This document shows, one piece after another, positions 24,571-33,287 of a stretch of DNA of 64,000 bases. The stretch comes from Acidimicrobiales bacterium (GTDB lineage Bacteria > Actinomycetota > Acidimicrobiia > Acidimicrobiales > Bog-793), in the NCBI GenBank assembly GCA_050015175.1, contig JBEKBX010000005.1, positions 9,069 to 73,068 on the forward strand. The letters run 5' to 3'. The translations under genes and the position numbers were made by a program. Under the pieces are notes generated by a model, which saw only the letters and a program-made list of their open reading frames with translations, ran no database searches and was not told the origin of the DNA. Every line of letters starts with the position of its first letter. The stretch's first letter is position 1.

Positions 24571-25018
24571 TCCCGAAATGTGACCGAATGGTTACCCGTC
24601 GTTCACTTTCGTGCAAGTGACTGGCTCGCAGGCACTAGGCCAACCGAAATGTTGCCGGGAACTGCTCGTTCGGAGCTGAGCACGCGCAGTGGCGCGACCC
24701 GAAACGAATGGTGCTATGGGTCATCACCTTTTGGAGTGACCTTCGACGAACACGGCACTGAAAATGTTAAGCAAGCAAGAAATGGGGAAACGTTCAGATG
24801 AATAGCGGAGGCACCTACTCGAGACAATCGTGGGAATTGCGTGTTGGCGCTCTCGGCGCGCAGCCATAACCTGTACTGCCAGAAAGGACAGCAGAACTGT
24901 GTCTATGACCGCCGTGTCGTTCTTCGGGGCCGAGCAACGGTGTCTCTTCGACACCCGGGCGCAACAAGAACCGCATTGGTGACCAGATCTGTCGTCAAAC
25001 ACATCGGAGCGTGGGCCA

Positions 25019-26545
25019 TCACTGGCTGCCCGGTGGGGCGAGCCCCTCGGGCGCGAAAGAGCCGCCTGGTGGCTTGCCGGTCCCAGGCTTGAGCCCTTTC
25101 GGGCTCCCTTGCGGTGGCGAGTGGAACCCGTTCGGGAGTTTCACCCCGGAGCCGGGCGGCTGGACTCTCGCACCGTTCGTTCGACCAGGAAGCCCACCTG
25201 GGAATCCGGCGCTCCCGAGGGGCCCCACGGCACTTGCTGCTGTGAGGTTCCGGAAGGAGGCGAATCCGAGAACGGCAACGACGAGGAGCACCGCAGCGGG
25301 GAGCCATCTGGGCAGCTGCATGAGCAACCACGCGCCGAGCAAGGCGATGAGGCCGATCGCCGGGAGATAGAAGCGAATGACGTGGATCCCGCCACCGCCG
25401 CCACCGCCCGATGGGCCGCCACCGCCGGTTCCCGCCTGGGCGGTCCAGGTGTATGCGGAGTAGAGAGCCCAAAGGCCGAGCCAGCCGGCAGCAAGCACGA
25501 GGCCTACCACGGCGTCACGTCGGCTCCTGGCCGCGGACGCTGGATCAGCGGTCGCGGACCGGATGCGGAGCAGCCTGACTGCCATCCAGACCAACGCCGC
25601 CAATCCCAACAACAGACCGGGGATCGCCTTCACAAGGTACGGCGGCATGATCTTCAGGTTCGGGATGATCGCACGAAGGGCGAAGGTGATCTCGCCCGCG
25701 CCGTATCCGGTCTTGAGCGCTCCCCCGTAGAAGAACTGGTCGAAGAGCGTCACACCGCCGGCGAAGAGAACCACCGAGGCAAACCACCACGCCAGTGACC
25801 GTGCACCGATGCGCGCCTTCTTGGCCGTGAGGAGCACTGCGGTCGCCGCCACCAGGAGCATCACCACATCGGTGTAACGGATGAAGACCGCCATCTCGAG
25901 CGCGACGAACCCTAGGAGACCGACGACGGTTCGCCGGCGCGGGGCGGCGTCATCGGCGAGGAAGGTCCAGAGCAGTGCCCCGGCTCCGGCGGCGATCAGT
26001 GCAGCATCGGTGAACGACGGCATCGTCGGACGCCACGCGAAAGCGATCGCTGCCCCTGAGGACACGAAGAGCACCACCGCCCAGGTGCCTCCCCAGTTTC
26101 CCAGCCAGCGTCGGCCAGCTACGAAGAGGCTCGTCGACGCCAATGCGCCGGCGAACAGTGGAGCCGCCCTCAAGATCCCCAGAATCTGGAACGGCGCTGC
26201 GAAGAAGGGATAGCCCGGGTTCTTCTCGCTCATCCAGCGGCCGTTGGACAGGTGGATCCATTGCATGATCGCCGTGCCGTCGTGGGCGGTCAGCTGCGCC
26301 GAGAGGGCGTTGTACTGCGCGGTCGACAAGGTGACGTGGCCGTGGGTAAGAGCGATAATCGACGCCAGGTAGGCAGAGTCGTCCGGTTCCAGCATCTTGG
26401 TTGCTTTGGCGAGCACAGCAATGCAGAACAACGCGAACACGCCGACCGCGACCGCGATCTCGGCGACCGGAAACGGGCGTGGCGCTTGTGCCTGATCGGC
26501 GGGCGTCAAGCCCGGAGCGACAAGGGTGTCGGAAGTCATGGCCAT
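25019..26545 (-). CDS. GT-C fold glycosyltransferase-like membrane protein (GT39/ArnT-like) with Gly/Pro-rich C-terminus
   Basis: 508 aa, polytopic. An acidic first-loop motif MLEPDDSAYL resembles PMT/ArnT families. Internal GGGGPSGGGGGGG run and a C-terminal Pro/Gly tail. Confidence 0.6.
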   Translation of the reverse strand: MAMTSDTLVAPGLTPADQAQAPRPFPVAEIAVAVGVFALFCIAVLAKATKMLEPDDSAYLASIIALTHGHVTLSTAQYNALSAQLTAHDGTAIMQWIHLSNGRWMSEKNPGYPFFAAPFQILGILRAAPLFAGALASTSLFVAGRRWLGNWGGTWAVVLFVSSGAAIAFAWRPTMPSFTDAALIAAGAGALLWTFLADDAAPRRRTVVGLLGFVALEMAVFIRYTDVVMLLVAATAVLLTAKKARIGARSLAWWFASVVLFAGGVTLFDQFFYGGALKTGYGAGEITFALRAIIPNLKIMPPYLVKAIPGLLLGLAALVWMAVRLLRIRSATADPASAARSRRDAVVGLVLAAGWLGLWALYSAYTWTAQAGTGGGGPSGGGGGGGIHVIRFYLPAIGLIALLGAWLLMQLPRWLPAAVLLVVAVLGFASFRNLTAASAVGPLGSAGFPGGLPGRTNGARVQPPGSGVKLPNGFHSPPQGSPKGLKPGTGKPPGGSFAPEGLAPPGSQ

Positions 26546-26713
26546 TCGGCACTCGTCTTGGGCATGCGCTTAAGGCTGGCACGCGATCCTGGGGGTTCGC
26601 TGCGTAGTTGGGCAGGGATTGCTGTGATCATCAGGCTGCGCTTGCCAGCCGGGTGGACACGACGATCTGGACTCGAAGGTCAGGCTCCTCGGTCATCCCA
26701 GTGACCGGATGGC

Positions 26714-27510
26714 ATGTTGGCGGACATGGATCACCGAGGATGTGACGGCGGTCTCACGGCTTTCGGGTCGTACCCGATTCTCGAGTACGACCCTGATCGG
26801 TCCGCGGTCATCGAACCGGGCGCAGCGCGATCATGGCACGACATTCCCCGTGCCACCGTCGGGTGTTTCCTATCGGAAATAGTTCGTGAGGTTTGTCCTA
26901 AAGCGCGCGAACTCGTCGGTCTGCCGAGCCTCCGGGCCGCTCTGGGAGTTGACTCATGAGGGCAGTCGCCTCAGCGTGTTCTACCCGGGGAAGGGCACCC
27001 CGCCCGCCACGACCACTTTCGAGCGGGTCAGTGTGGGCGGCTGCCGGGTGCTCCTCGGGTGCGGAGGAGCCGGCACGCTGGTAGGCAATCTCCGCCATGG
27101 AGAGGTCGTGATGGTGGAGGCTGCGGTGCGAGACGAGGGGGCGTCCTTCCACTACTTCCGCTTGCCCGAGAGGTCGTCACCGACGATGCGGTGGTCGCCG
27201 TGCTGGAGGCGGTTGCCGGGGAAAGTGGGGTCGTTGCCCGGCGGGGCAAGGACTGACGGCCTGTTCCAAGACACTGCCGGCAGGTTGCACCGGCGCGTCG
27301 AAAAAGGATGTCTCGTCGTCGACAGGGAATCCCGCGCTGCCGGCCGTCGAGAGGATCCGCCACGTCCCCATCGGGGGGTGTACCTGTCGGCCGGAGATGA
27401 CATCGCCGGCTCGAAACCGAACGAGAACCGTTGGCGCGAGGATCTGGAGCTGCAAGCCAACCTGCTCCACCTGGCCGCTTCAGCGGCGCACCGGCTTGCA
27501 GACGCACAGA
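26714..27510 (+). pseudogene. Nucleoside phosphorylase (PNP_UDP_1-like) pseudogene with several frameshifts
   Basis: Family-typical blocks sit in different frames: YPILEYDPDRSAVIEP...ATVGCFLSEIV (frame of 26714); ELTHEGSRLSVFYPGKGTPPA...LLGCGGAGTLV...AAVRDEGASFHY (frame of 26886); REVVTDDAVVAVLEAVAGESGVVARRGKD (frame of 27059); then TDGLFQDTAGRLHRRVEKGCLVVD and YLSAGDDIAG back in the 26886 frame. Confidence 0.55.
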
Positions 27511-27610
27511 GGCGCACTGGACGAGCGGACCGGAAGGGCTCCGGCGAGCCTAGACCGTCCAGGAGCTCGGCAGCCGGGACGCCTGCCGTTATCTCTGGCA
27601 GCGGAAATGC

Positions 27611-28501
27611 TCAGCGGGGAGGCCCGGCTGCGACGACTGCCTCGACCTCTGCGGCTGGTGGCTCACCGCGGCCGAACGATTCGAGCCACCACGTCATGCC
27701 GGCCTCCTTGAGTGCCGCGAACCGCGACGAGAGCTCGTGAGCAGGCGCGAGCCCCGTGACGCCGCGGCAGACGATGTCGATGTCGATCGGGCCCCCCTCA
27801 TCGAGGAGCTTGGTCCGCACCGCCGCCACCTGTTCGGGTTCCGGCAGTCCGGGGAGCACATGGCCTCCTGGATCGAACAGAGGGAAGCAGCCCTGGTTGC
27901 GCGCAGCCCGAACGAGGGGCCGGTGGTGGGGCCACCTGCAGGCCACCCAGACCGGCAGTGGTTGTTGCACGGGTCTCGGGAGAAAAGCAGTGCTGTTCAC
28001 CCAGATCCGGTCCCCTTCGAACTCGACGGGCTCACCCGACCACAGGCGCCTCAAGATCTCGAGCGAGTCGTCGAGGAAAGACGCCCTCTCTACCGGGTCG
28101 ACGACTTCTCCAGAGAAAGAGCTGAACTCCTTCCATCCGTCGTGGCCGAGGCCCACGCCGACGTCGAGACGGCCCTCCGACAGCCGATCGAGCGTCGCTG
28201 CCTGCCGCGCGAACACCCAAGGACGCCGCCGGGCGAGCGGAGTGACCATCATCCCTAGGCGGATCCGATCGGTTGCTTGGGCGATGGCGGCCGCCATCAT
28301 GAACGAGTCGGCGACGGCCATCCCCGGGATCGTCAACATGTGGTCCCACAGGTACAGGCCGTCCCATCCCGCTCGCTCCGCCAACTGCGCGAGCGCGACA
28401 AGTCGCTTCGGCTCCGCGAACTCGTCGAACGGAGGGAGGAAGACTCCGTAGGAGAGGGGCTTGTAGTTCGAGTGGTGCCCCGGAGGCTCTTCATGCGTCA
28501 T
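27611..28501 (-). CDS. LLM-class (luciferase-like) flavin/F420-dependent oxidoreductase
   Basis: LSYGVFLPPF...LAERAGWDGLYLWDHM...IRLGMMVTPLARRRPWVFARQAATLDRLSEGRLDVGVGLG is a typical LLM pattern. Confidence 0.85.
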   Translation of the reverse strand: MTHEEPPGHHSNYKPLSYGVFLPPFDEFAEPKRLVALAQLAERAGWDGLYLWDHMLTIPGMAVADSFMMAAAIAQATDRIRLGMMVTPLARRRPWVFARQAATLDRLSEGRLDVGVGLGHDGWKEFSSFSGEVVDPVERASFLDDSLEILRRLWSGEPVEFEGDRIWVNSTAFLPRPVQQPLPVWVACRWPHHRPLVRAARNQGCFPLFDPGGHVLPGLPEPEQVAAVRTKLLDEGGPIDIDIVCRGVTGLAPAHELSSRFAALKEAGMTWWLESFGRGEPPAAEVEAVVAAGPPR

Positions 28502-28624
28502 AAGGCCGGGACGGTACTCGATCGGACCCGGGCGCGCGGTCCTCGATCACAATTCGACAGACCGGCCCCGGTGCGTGCGGCTTCAGCTGGGGACACGCGG
28601 TCGCGACGCGGGACTCGGCGCCGG

Positions 28625-29641
28625 CTATGTGAGATCCGCTGAAGTGGCGACGTGTCTGGGACCACGCCGCAACGATGTCAGGGCGATCCCAGCAAGCGCC
28701 CAGGCTCCCAACACGAGCAGCGGGTCGGAGTCCCTGGCACCGTCGAAAAAGGCGACTGCTCTGAGGCCGGTGTTTGTGGCCCCGACCGGCAGGTACTGGG
28801 CGATACAGCCCCAGGGGGCGGGCATTAGCTGCCAGGCCGTGGTCGCGCCCGAGAACGCGAAGCCGAAGAACCATGCGACGAACAGGGTGACGAGGATTCC
28901 CGCGATCCCGGCGAGGGACGCCAGTCCGCAGGTGACCGCAGCGATCGATCCCGCGCCGAGGGTGATGACGAGCTCGTTGGAGAACCAGGAACCGGTCAAG
29001 CCCCCGATCATGCCCTGTAGGGCCAAGGTCACGAACAGGCCGGCGAGGACGGCATAACCGAGCAGCGCGGCCAGTTGTCTGCGCCGATCATGCGACAGCA
29101 GCCCGATGATCGCACCCGCAGCGATCGAGGTCATCGTCAGAGGGATGAGGGCGGTCGGGATCGCCGTGCCTTTGGGGTCGTCCACAGGGTTCGGCGCCAG
29201 GTCGACGACGGCCACGGTGGCATGCGGCAGGACACGCCTGATGGCCGCGGGCACAGCTTGGGTCAACATCTGCGCGACGCTCGGACTCGCTTCGGAGGCT
29301 GTGTAGACGGTGGCGCCTGCGCTCGACAGCGATACTGCGCCATAGACCTGCCTGTCGATGACCGCGGCGCGGGCGGCCGAATCGTCGCTCAGGACGGTGA
29401 CTGTGAACGTGCCCGGCTGGGTTCGGTCCAAACCGCGTGCCAGTTCTCTGGCGGCCGGTGCGGGACCGGCCACGGCAAAGGGCAGACTGCGGGGTGCCTC
29501 TCGTGAGGACGACCAGGCGAACATAAGAACCAGGAGGAATTGCGCGACGACGATCGCGCTCACAGCGAGAAGAACTACGGAGGTGGAGCGACGTCCGCCA
29601 CCACTCGGTCGCCGGGCACCGACCTGCGAATTGTCCGACAT
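28625..29641 (-). CDS. ABC-2 / YhgE-Pip-like integral membrane protein (no adjacent ATPase)
   Basis: ATG at 29641 with GGAGGG upstream. N-terminal TM, about 150-aa extracytoplasmic loop, then 5 C-terminal TM helices (ABC-2 permease topology). Family call is tentative. Confidence 0.5.
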   Translation of the reverse strand: MSDNSQVGARRPSGGGRRSTSVVLLAVSAIVVAQFLLVLMFAWSSSREAPRSLPFAVAGPAPAARELARGLDRTQPGTFTVTVLSDDSAARAAVIDRQVYGAVSLSSAGATVYTASEASPSVAQMLTQAVPAAIRRVLPHATVAVVDLAPNPVDDPKGTAIPTALIPLTMTSIAAGAIIGLLSHDRRRQLAALLGYAVLAGLFVTLALQGMIGGLTGSWFSNELVITLGAGSIAAVTCGLASLAGIAGILVTLFVAWFFGFAFSGATTAWQLMPAPWGCIAQYLPVGATNTGLRAVAFFDGARDSDPLLVLGAWALAGIALTSLRRGPRHVATSADLT

Positions 29642-29808
29642 AACCCTCCAATACCTGGCGAGCGGTCCTGTGTCATGGAGTCTGCGTCTGTTGGGACACC
29701 CTAGGTTCTCGGTCGGCACGGGCACCTAATCGGAGCGCGCCGGGCTCCGCTTCAGGCGAGCACTTCGCGCCATCCCAGTTGGCTAGGTTGGCCGTTCCGA
29801 TTTCTGTC

Positions 29809-30568
29809 TCATCTGTCACTTCCGACAAGGACAGGGTCCGGAGCCACCTGTTGCCGGGTGGCGGTGACGGTCTTGTCCGGCTTGGGCGTGCCCATGGACC
29901 TCTCCTCTCCCCGTCGGTTCGCCGGCGAGTGCTGGCTGGTCCCCGCCCCACTGGCGGTACCGGTAGTGGCGATGGTCTCGGCGAGCGAGGCCAGGTTCAA
30001 GGCTGCATTGCGGTCCCGGTCGAGGACAAGACAGCAATGCTCGCAGCGGTAGGTGCGCTGGGCGAGGGGCAGCTTGGCTTTCACTGCCCTGCACTGAGAG
30101 CAGGTTTTCGACGACGGGTACCACCGGCCGGCGACGATCAAGCTGGATCCGGACCAGGTTGTCTTGTAGGCGAGCTGACGGCCAAGCTCGGCAGGGAGGC
30201 GTCGAGGATGGCCCGGTTGAGCCCGGCCCTGCGCCGCTTTGACCTGCCGGCGCGTGGCCTGGTCATAGCGGCCACTGCCAGGTCCTCGAGACGACCGTGA
30301 CGCAGCTTACGGCGAGCCCGGTGGTCAGCTTGTGGAGGCCGTCGGCGCGTGCGTTGGCCACCGTGGCGTGGCGGCGGGCCAGGCGGGCCTTGGTGTGCTT
30401 CCAGCGCTTGGACGGCGGACTGCCTCTGCCGGCCGGGCGTCGGCGCCGGGACAGCTCCCGGTCGAGGCGGGCCTGGCGGCGAGCCCAGTTGTTGAGGTGC
30501 TTCGGGTTGGGGACGGTCCCGTCCGCCTCGGTCACCCCACCCGATTGTCCGACCGCGAGGGTAGGCAA
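29809..30568 (-). pseudogene. IS200/IS605-family TnpB (OrfB) relic: 5-prime truncated, at least 2 frameshifts
   Basis: Pieces in three frames: SKRWKHTKARLARRHATVANARADGLHKLTTGLA (30263..30568); LEDLAVAAMTRPRAGRSKRRRAGLNRAILDAS (third frame); LIVAGRWYPSSKTCSQCRAVKAKLPLAQRTYRCEHCCLVLDRDRNAALNL (29809..30141; Zn-ribbon plus RuvC-III). The N-terminal ~150 aa are absent and no tnpA is present. Confidence 0.75.
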
Positions 30569-30637
30569 CAGAGGTGGTCAGCCCGCTGGATCAGCATCGT
30601 GCTAGCACCACTGCTTTCGACCGGGCAGGATGTGACC

Positions 30638-33220
30638 ATGTCAAGCACCGAGGAAAGTCGCACGCAAAGCCGGTTGCCGGGTCCGGCGCAGCCAACCGGC
30701 GCGCCACCACGTGTGACGCTTACCGTCAACGGGACCGCGCACTCGGTGCCGGCGTCGACTTCACTCCTGTCGGCGCTGCGTGGCGAGTTGGGTCTGACAG
30801 GTGCCAAGCCGGGTTGCGGGGAGGGCACCTGCGGATCCTGCACGGTGCTCGTCGACGGCTGTCCAGTGCGCGCCTGCCAGCAACCGGTCGACGACATCGC
30901 GGGGAAGGCCATCACGACGATCGAAGGACTCTCGAGCGGTGGTTGGCTGCACCCGGTCCAGCAGGCGTTCGTCGAGGTCGGTGCGGCCCAGTGCGGCTAC
31001 TGCACTCCTGGAACGGTCCTCGCCGTGGTCGCTCTTCTGGCCCGCTGCCCCGATCCGGACGACGATGCCGTGCGCGAGGCGCTGTCGGGCAACCTTTGCC
31101 GCTGTGGCGCTTACGGGCGCGTCCGCGAGGCGGTGCGTAAGGCTTCCGAGCTGATCGCGGAGCCAGGCTTCGCCGACGGCTTGCCGGTCGCGGCGACCAC
31201 CGCGGACTGGAAATTGCCCGAGCCAGGCGGGCCCTGTTACAGGCCGGCGCGGCCGTGGGACATGACCGAGCCCACCGACCGCGACTGGTTTGGAATTCTC
31301 GGCGACGGGACGGTCGTGGTGCTACCACCTGCGACGCCGGCAGCGGGCACGTGGTCGACGAGCGGTGGTGCCTGGTTGCACATCGGGACCGATGGGATCG
31401 TCACCGCGTTCACCGGCAAAGTTGACGTGGGCCAGGACAACCGCACCGCGTTGCGTCTCCTTGTCGCCGAGGAGCTTCGCGTCCCCCTCGAGTGCGTCCG
31501 TCTTGCGATGGGGGACACCGATCTGTGTCCCTACGACATGGGGACGTTCGGCAGCCGGTCGATGCCGGACGCCGGGAGCGCGCTCAGCCGGGCCGCCGCG
31601 TTTGCCCGCACCTTGTTGCCGGTGCCCGCAGGGTCACGGAGAATCGAGATCGTGAAGGGCGAGCCCGCGGTGACCCGCCCGTCCGGATGGCAGGTGGCAG
31701 GCTCCCCGCGCACGCCCGCCGGCACCATCGAGGTCGTCACGGGAGCCCTGCAGTTTGCCTCCGACCTGAGCATGCCTGGGCTGTGGCACGGCGCCATGCT
31801 GCGACCGCCTGTGTTCAAGTCCGTGCTCCGTCACCTTGACACGAGCGCACTTGACGGCCGTAGAGACGTGGTGGTCGTGGAAACCCCTGTTGGCGTCGGG
31901 GTCGTGGCCCGTGACAGGGTCGAGGCCCGGACGGCATTGGCTGGTCTGGAGGCAACCTGGGCGCTTCCGGAGGCACCGTCTGACGAGGGCCTCGAGGAGT
32001 TCCTGCGCTCACATCCCGCGACAGGAGAAGACGGCTGGGACGGGCCCTTCCACCAGCAGCAAGGTGACCCCGACGGCGCACTCGAGGCCGCGGCTATACG
32101 TCTTGACGCCACCTATACGACCGCGTTCGTAGCCCCTGCTGCCATCGAGACCCGCGTTGCGATCGCCGTCTGGGACGACGACGACCGCCTGACCATCTGG
32201 ACCGGGACCCAGACCCCCTTCCCGGTCCGGGCCCAGGTCGCCGCGGCCCTCGATCTGGACGAGGCGGATGTGCGTGTCATCGTGCCGCCGACCGGCGGCG
32301 GGTTCGGCGGAAAGCATGCGGGTGGCGTCGCCACCGAGGCGGCGATGCTCGCCCGGGAGATCGGCGCACCGGTTCGTGTCGCCTGGACCCGTCGTGAGGA
32401 GTTCAGCGTCGGCACGTTACGCCCGGCCGCGGTCATCGACGTGCAAGCCGGAGCTACGACCGGTGGCGAGCTGACTGCTTGGACTTTCTCCAACATCAAT
32501 TCGGGACGAGCCGCGATCACGACCCCCTACCGGGTCGCCAACCAGCGGATCGACTATCGCCCTGCCGCGAGCCCGCTCGCTCAGGCCTCCTTCAGGGCTC
32601 TGGCGGCCACGGCCAACAACTTCGCCCGGGAGTCTCACATGGACGAGCTCGCAACCCGGCTCGGTCGAGACCCGGTCGAGTACCGCCTAGCCAACCTGGT
32701 CGACGAAAGGCTCGCTGCGGTGCTGCGGGCTGCTGCGGAGCGTTTCGGGTGGACGACCGACCGGGACAACCCGGGTCGGGGAATCGCGTGCGGACTCGAG
32801 AAGGAGGGGAGGGTTGCCACCGCGGCCCAGGTCAGCCTCGGCCGGGACAACCGCCTTCGGGTCGTCCGCATCGTCACCGCGTACGAGTGCGGCGCCGTCG
32901 TCAACCCGGGAACCGTGGTCAATCAGATCGAAGGCGCCACGGTCATCGCTCTAGGCGGCGCGCTGTTCGAGGCCGTCCACTTCAACGCCGGGCAGATCGC
33001 CAACGGGTCGTTCTCCGCTTATCGCATCCCTCGCACCTCTGACGTGCCGCCGATCGAGGTGGTGCTCCTGGGCCGTCCCGACCTTCCGTCCGCAGGGGCC
33101 GGCGAGACACCGATGATCGCCGTGGCCCCGGCGATCGCCAATGCCGTCTTCGATGCGACGGGGCGCCGCCTGCGTTCGCTGCCTCTGACTGCCGATGGTT
33201 TCTTGAACCTCGAGAGTTGA
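30638..33220 (+). CDS. Xanthine-dehydrogenase-family molybdoenzyme: fused [2Fe-2S] small subunit + IorB-like Moco-binding subunit
   Basis: ATG at 30638 (the track ORF starts upstream over the TnpB relic). N-terminus has GCGEGTCGSCTVLVDGCPVRAC, QCGYCTPG and CRCGAYGRV. The C-terminal part has VDVGQDNRTALRLLVAEEL, GGGFGGKH and AGAGETPMIAVAPAIANAV. Confidence 0.85.
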   Translation: MSSTEESRTQSRLPGPAQPTGAPPRVTLTVNGTAHSVPASTSLLSALRGELGLTGAKPGCGEGTCGSCTVLVDGCPVRACQQPVDDIAGKAITTIEGLSSGGWLHPVQQAFVEVGAAQCGYCTPGTVLAVVALLARCPDPDDDAVREALSGNLCRCGAYGRVREAVRKASELIAEPGFADGLPVAATTADWKLPEPGGPCYRPARPWDMTEPTDRDWFGILGDGTVVVLPPATPAAGTWSTSGGAWLHIGTDGIVTAFTGKVDVGQDNRTALRLLVAEELRVPLECVRLAMGDTDLCPYDMGTFGSRSMPDAGSALSRAAAFARTLLPVPAGSRRIEIVKGEPAVTRPSGWQVAGSPRTPAGTIEVVTGALQFASDLSMPGLWHGAMLRPPVFKSVLRHLDTSALDGRRDVVVVETPVGVGVVARDRVEARTALAGLEATWALPEAPSDEGLEEFLRSHPATGEDGWDGPFHQQQGDPDGALEAAAIRLDATYTTAFVAPAAIETRVAIAVWDDDDRLTIWTGTQTPFPVRAQVAAALDLDEADVRVIVPPTGGGFGGKHAGGVATEAAMLAREIGAPVRVAWTRREEFSVGTLRPAAVIDVQAGATTGGELTAWTFSNINSGRAAITTPYRVANQRIDYRPAASPLAQASFRALAATANNFARESHMDELATRLGRDPVEYRLANLVDERLAAVLRAAAERFGWTTDRDNPGRGIACGLEKEGRVATAAQVSLGRDNRLRVVRIVTAYECGAVVNPGTVVNQIEGATVIALGGALFEAVHFNAGQIANGSFSAYRIPRTSDVPPIEVVLLGRPDLPSAGAGETPMIAVAPAIANAVFDATGRRLRSLPLTADGFLNLES

Positions 33221-33287
33221 GGAGCCTGAGGTTCGGTTGGGTTCACCACGGCCCGACACCGTCGCCTTCGTGGGCTCGCCGGGAGGT

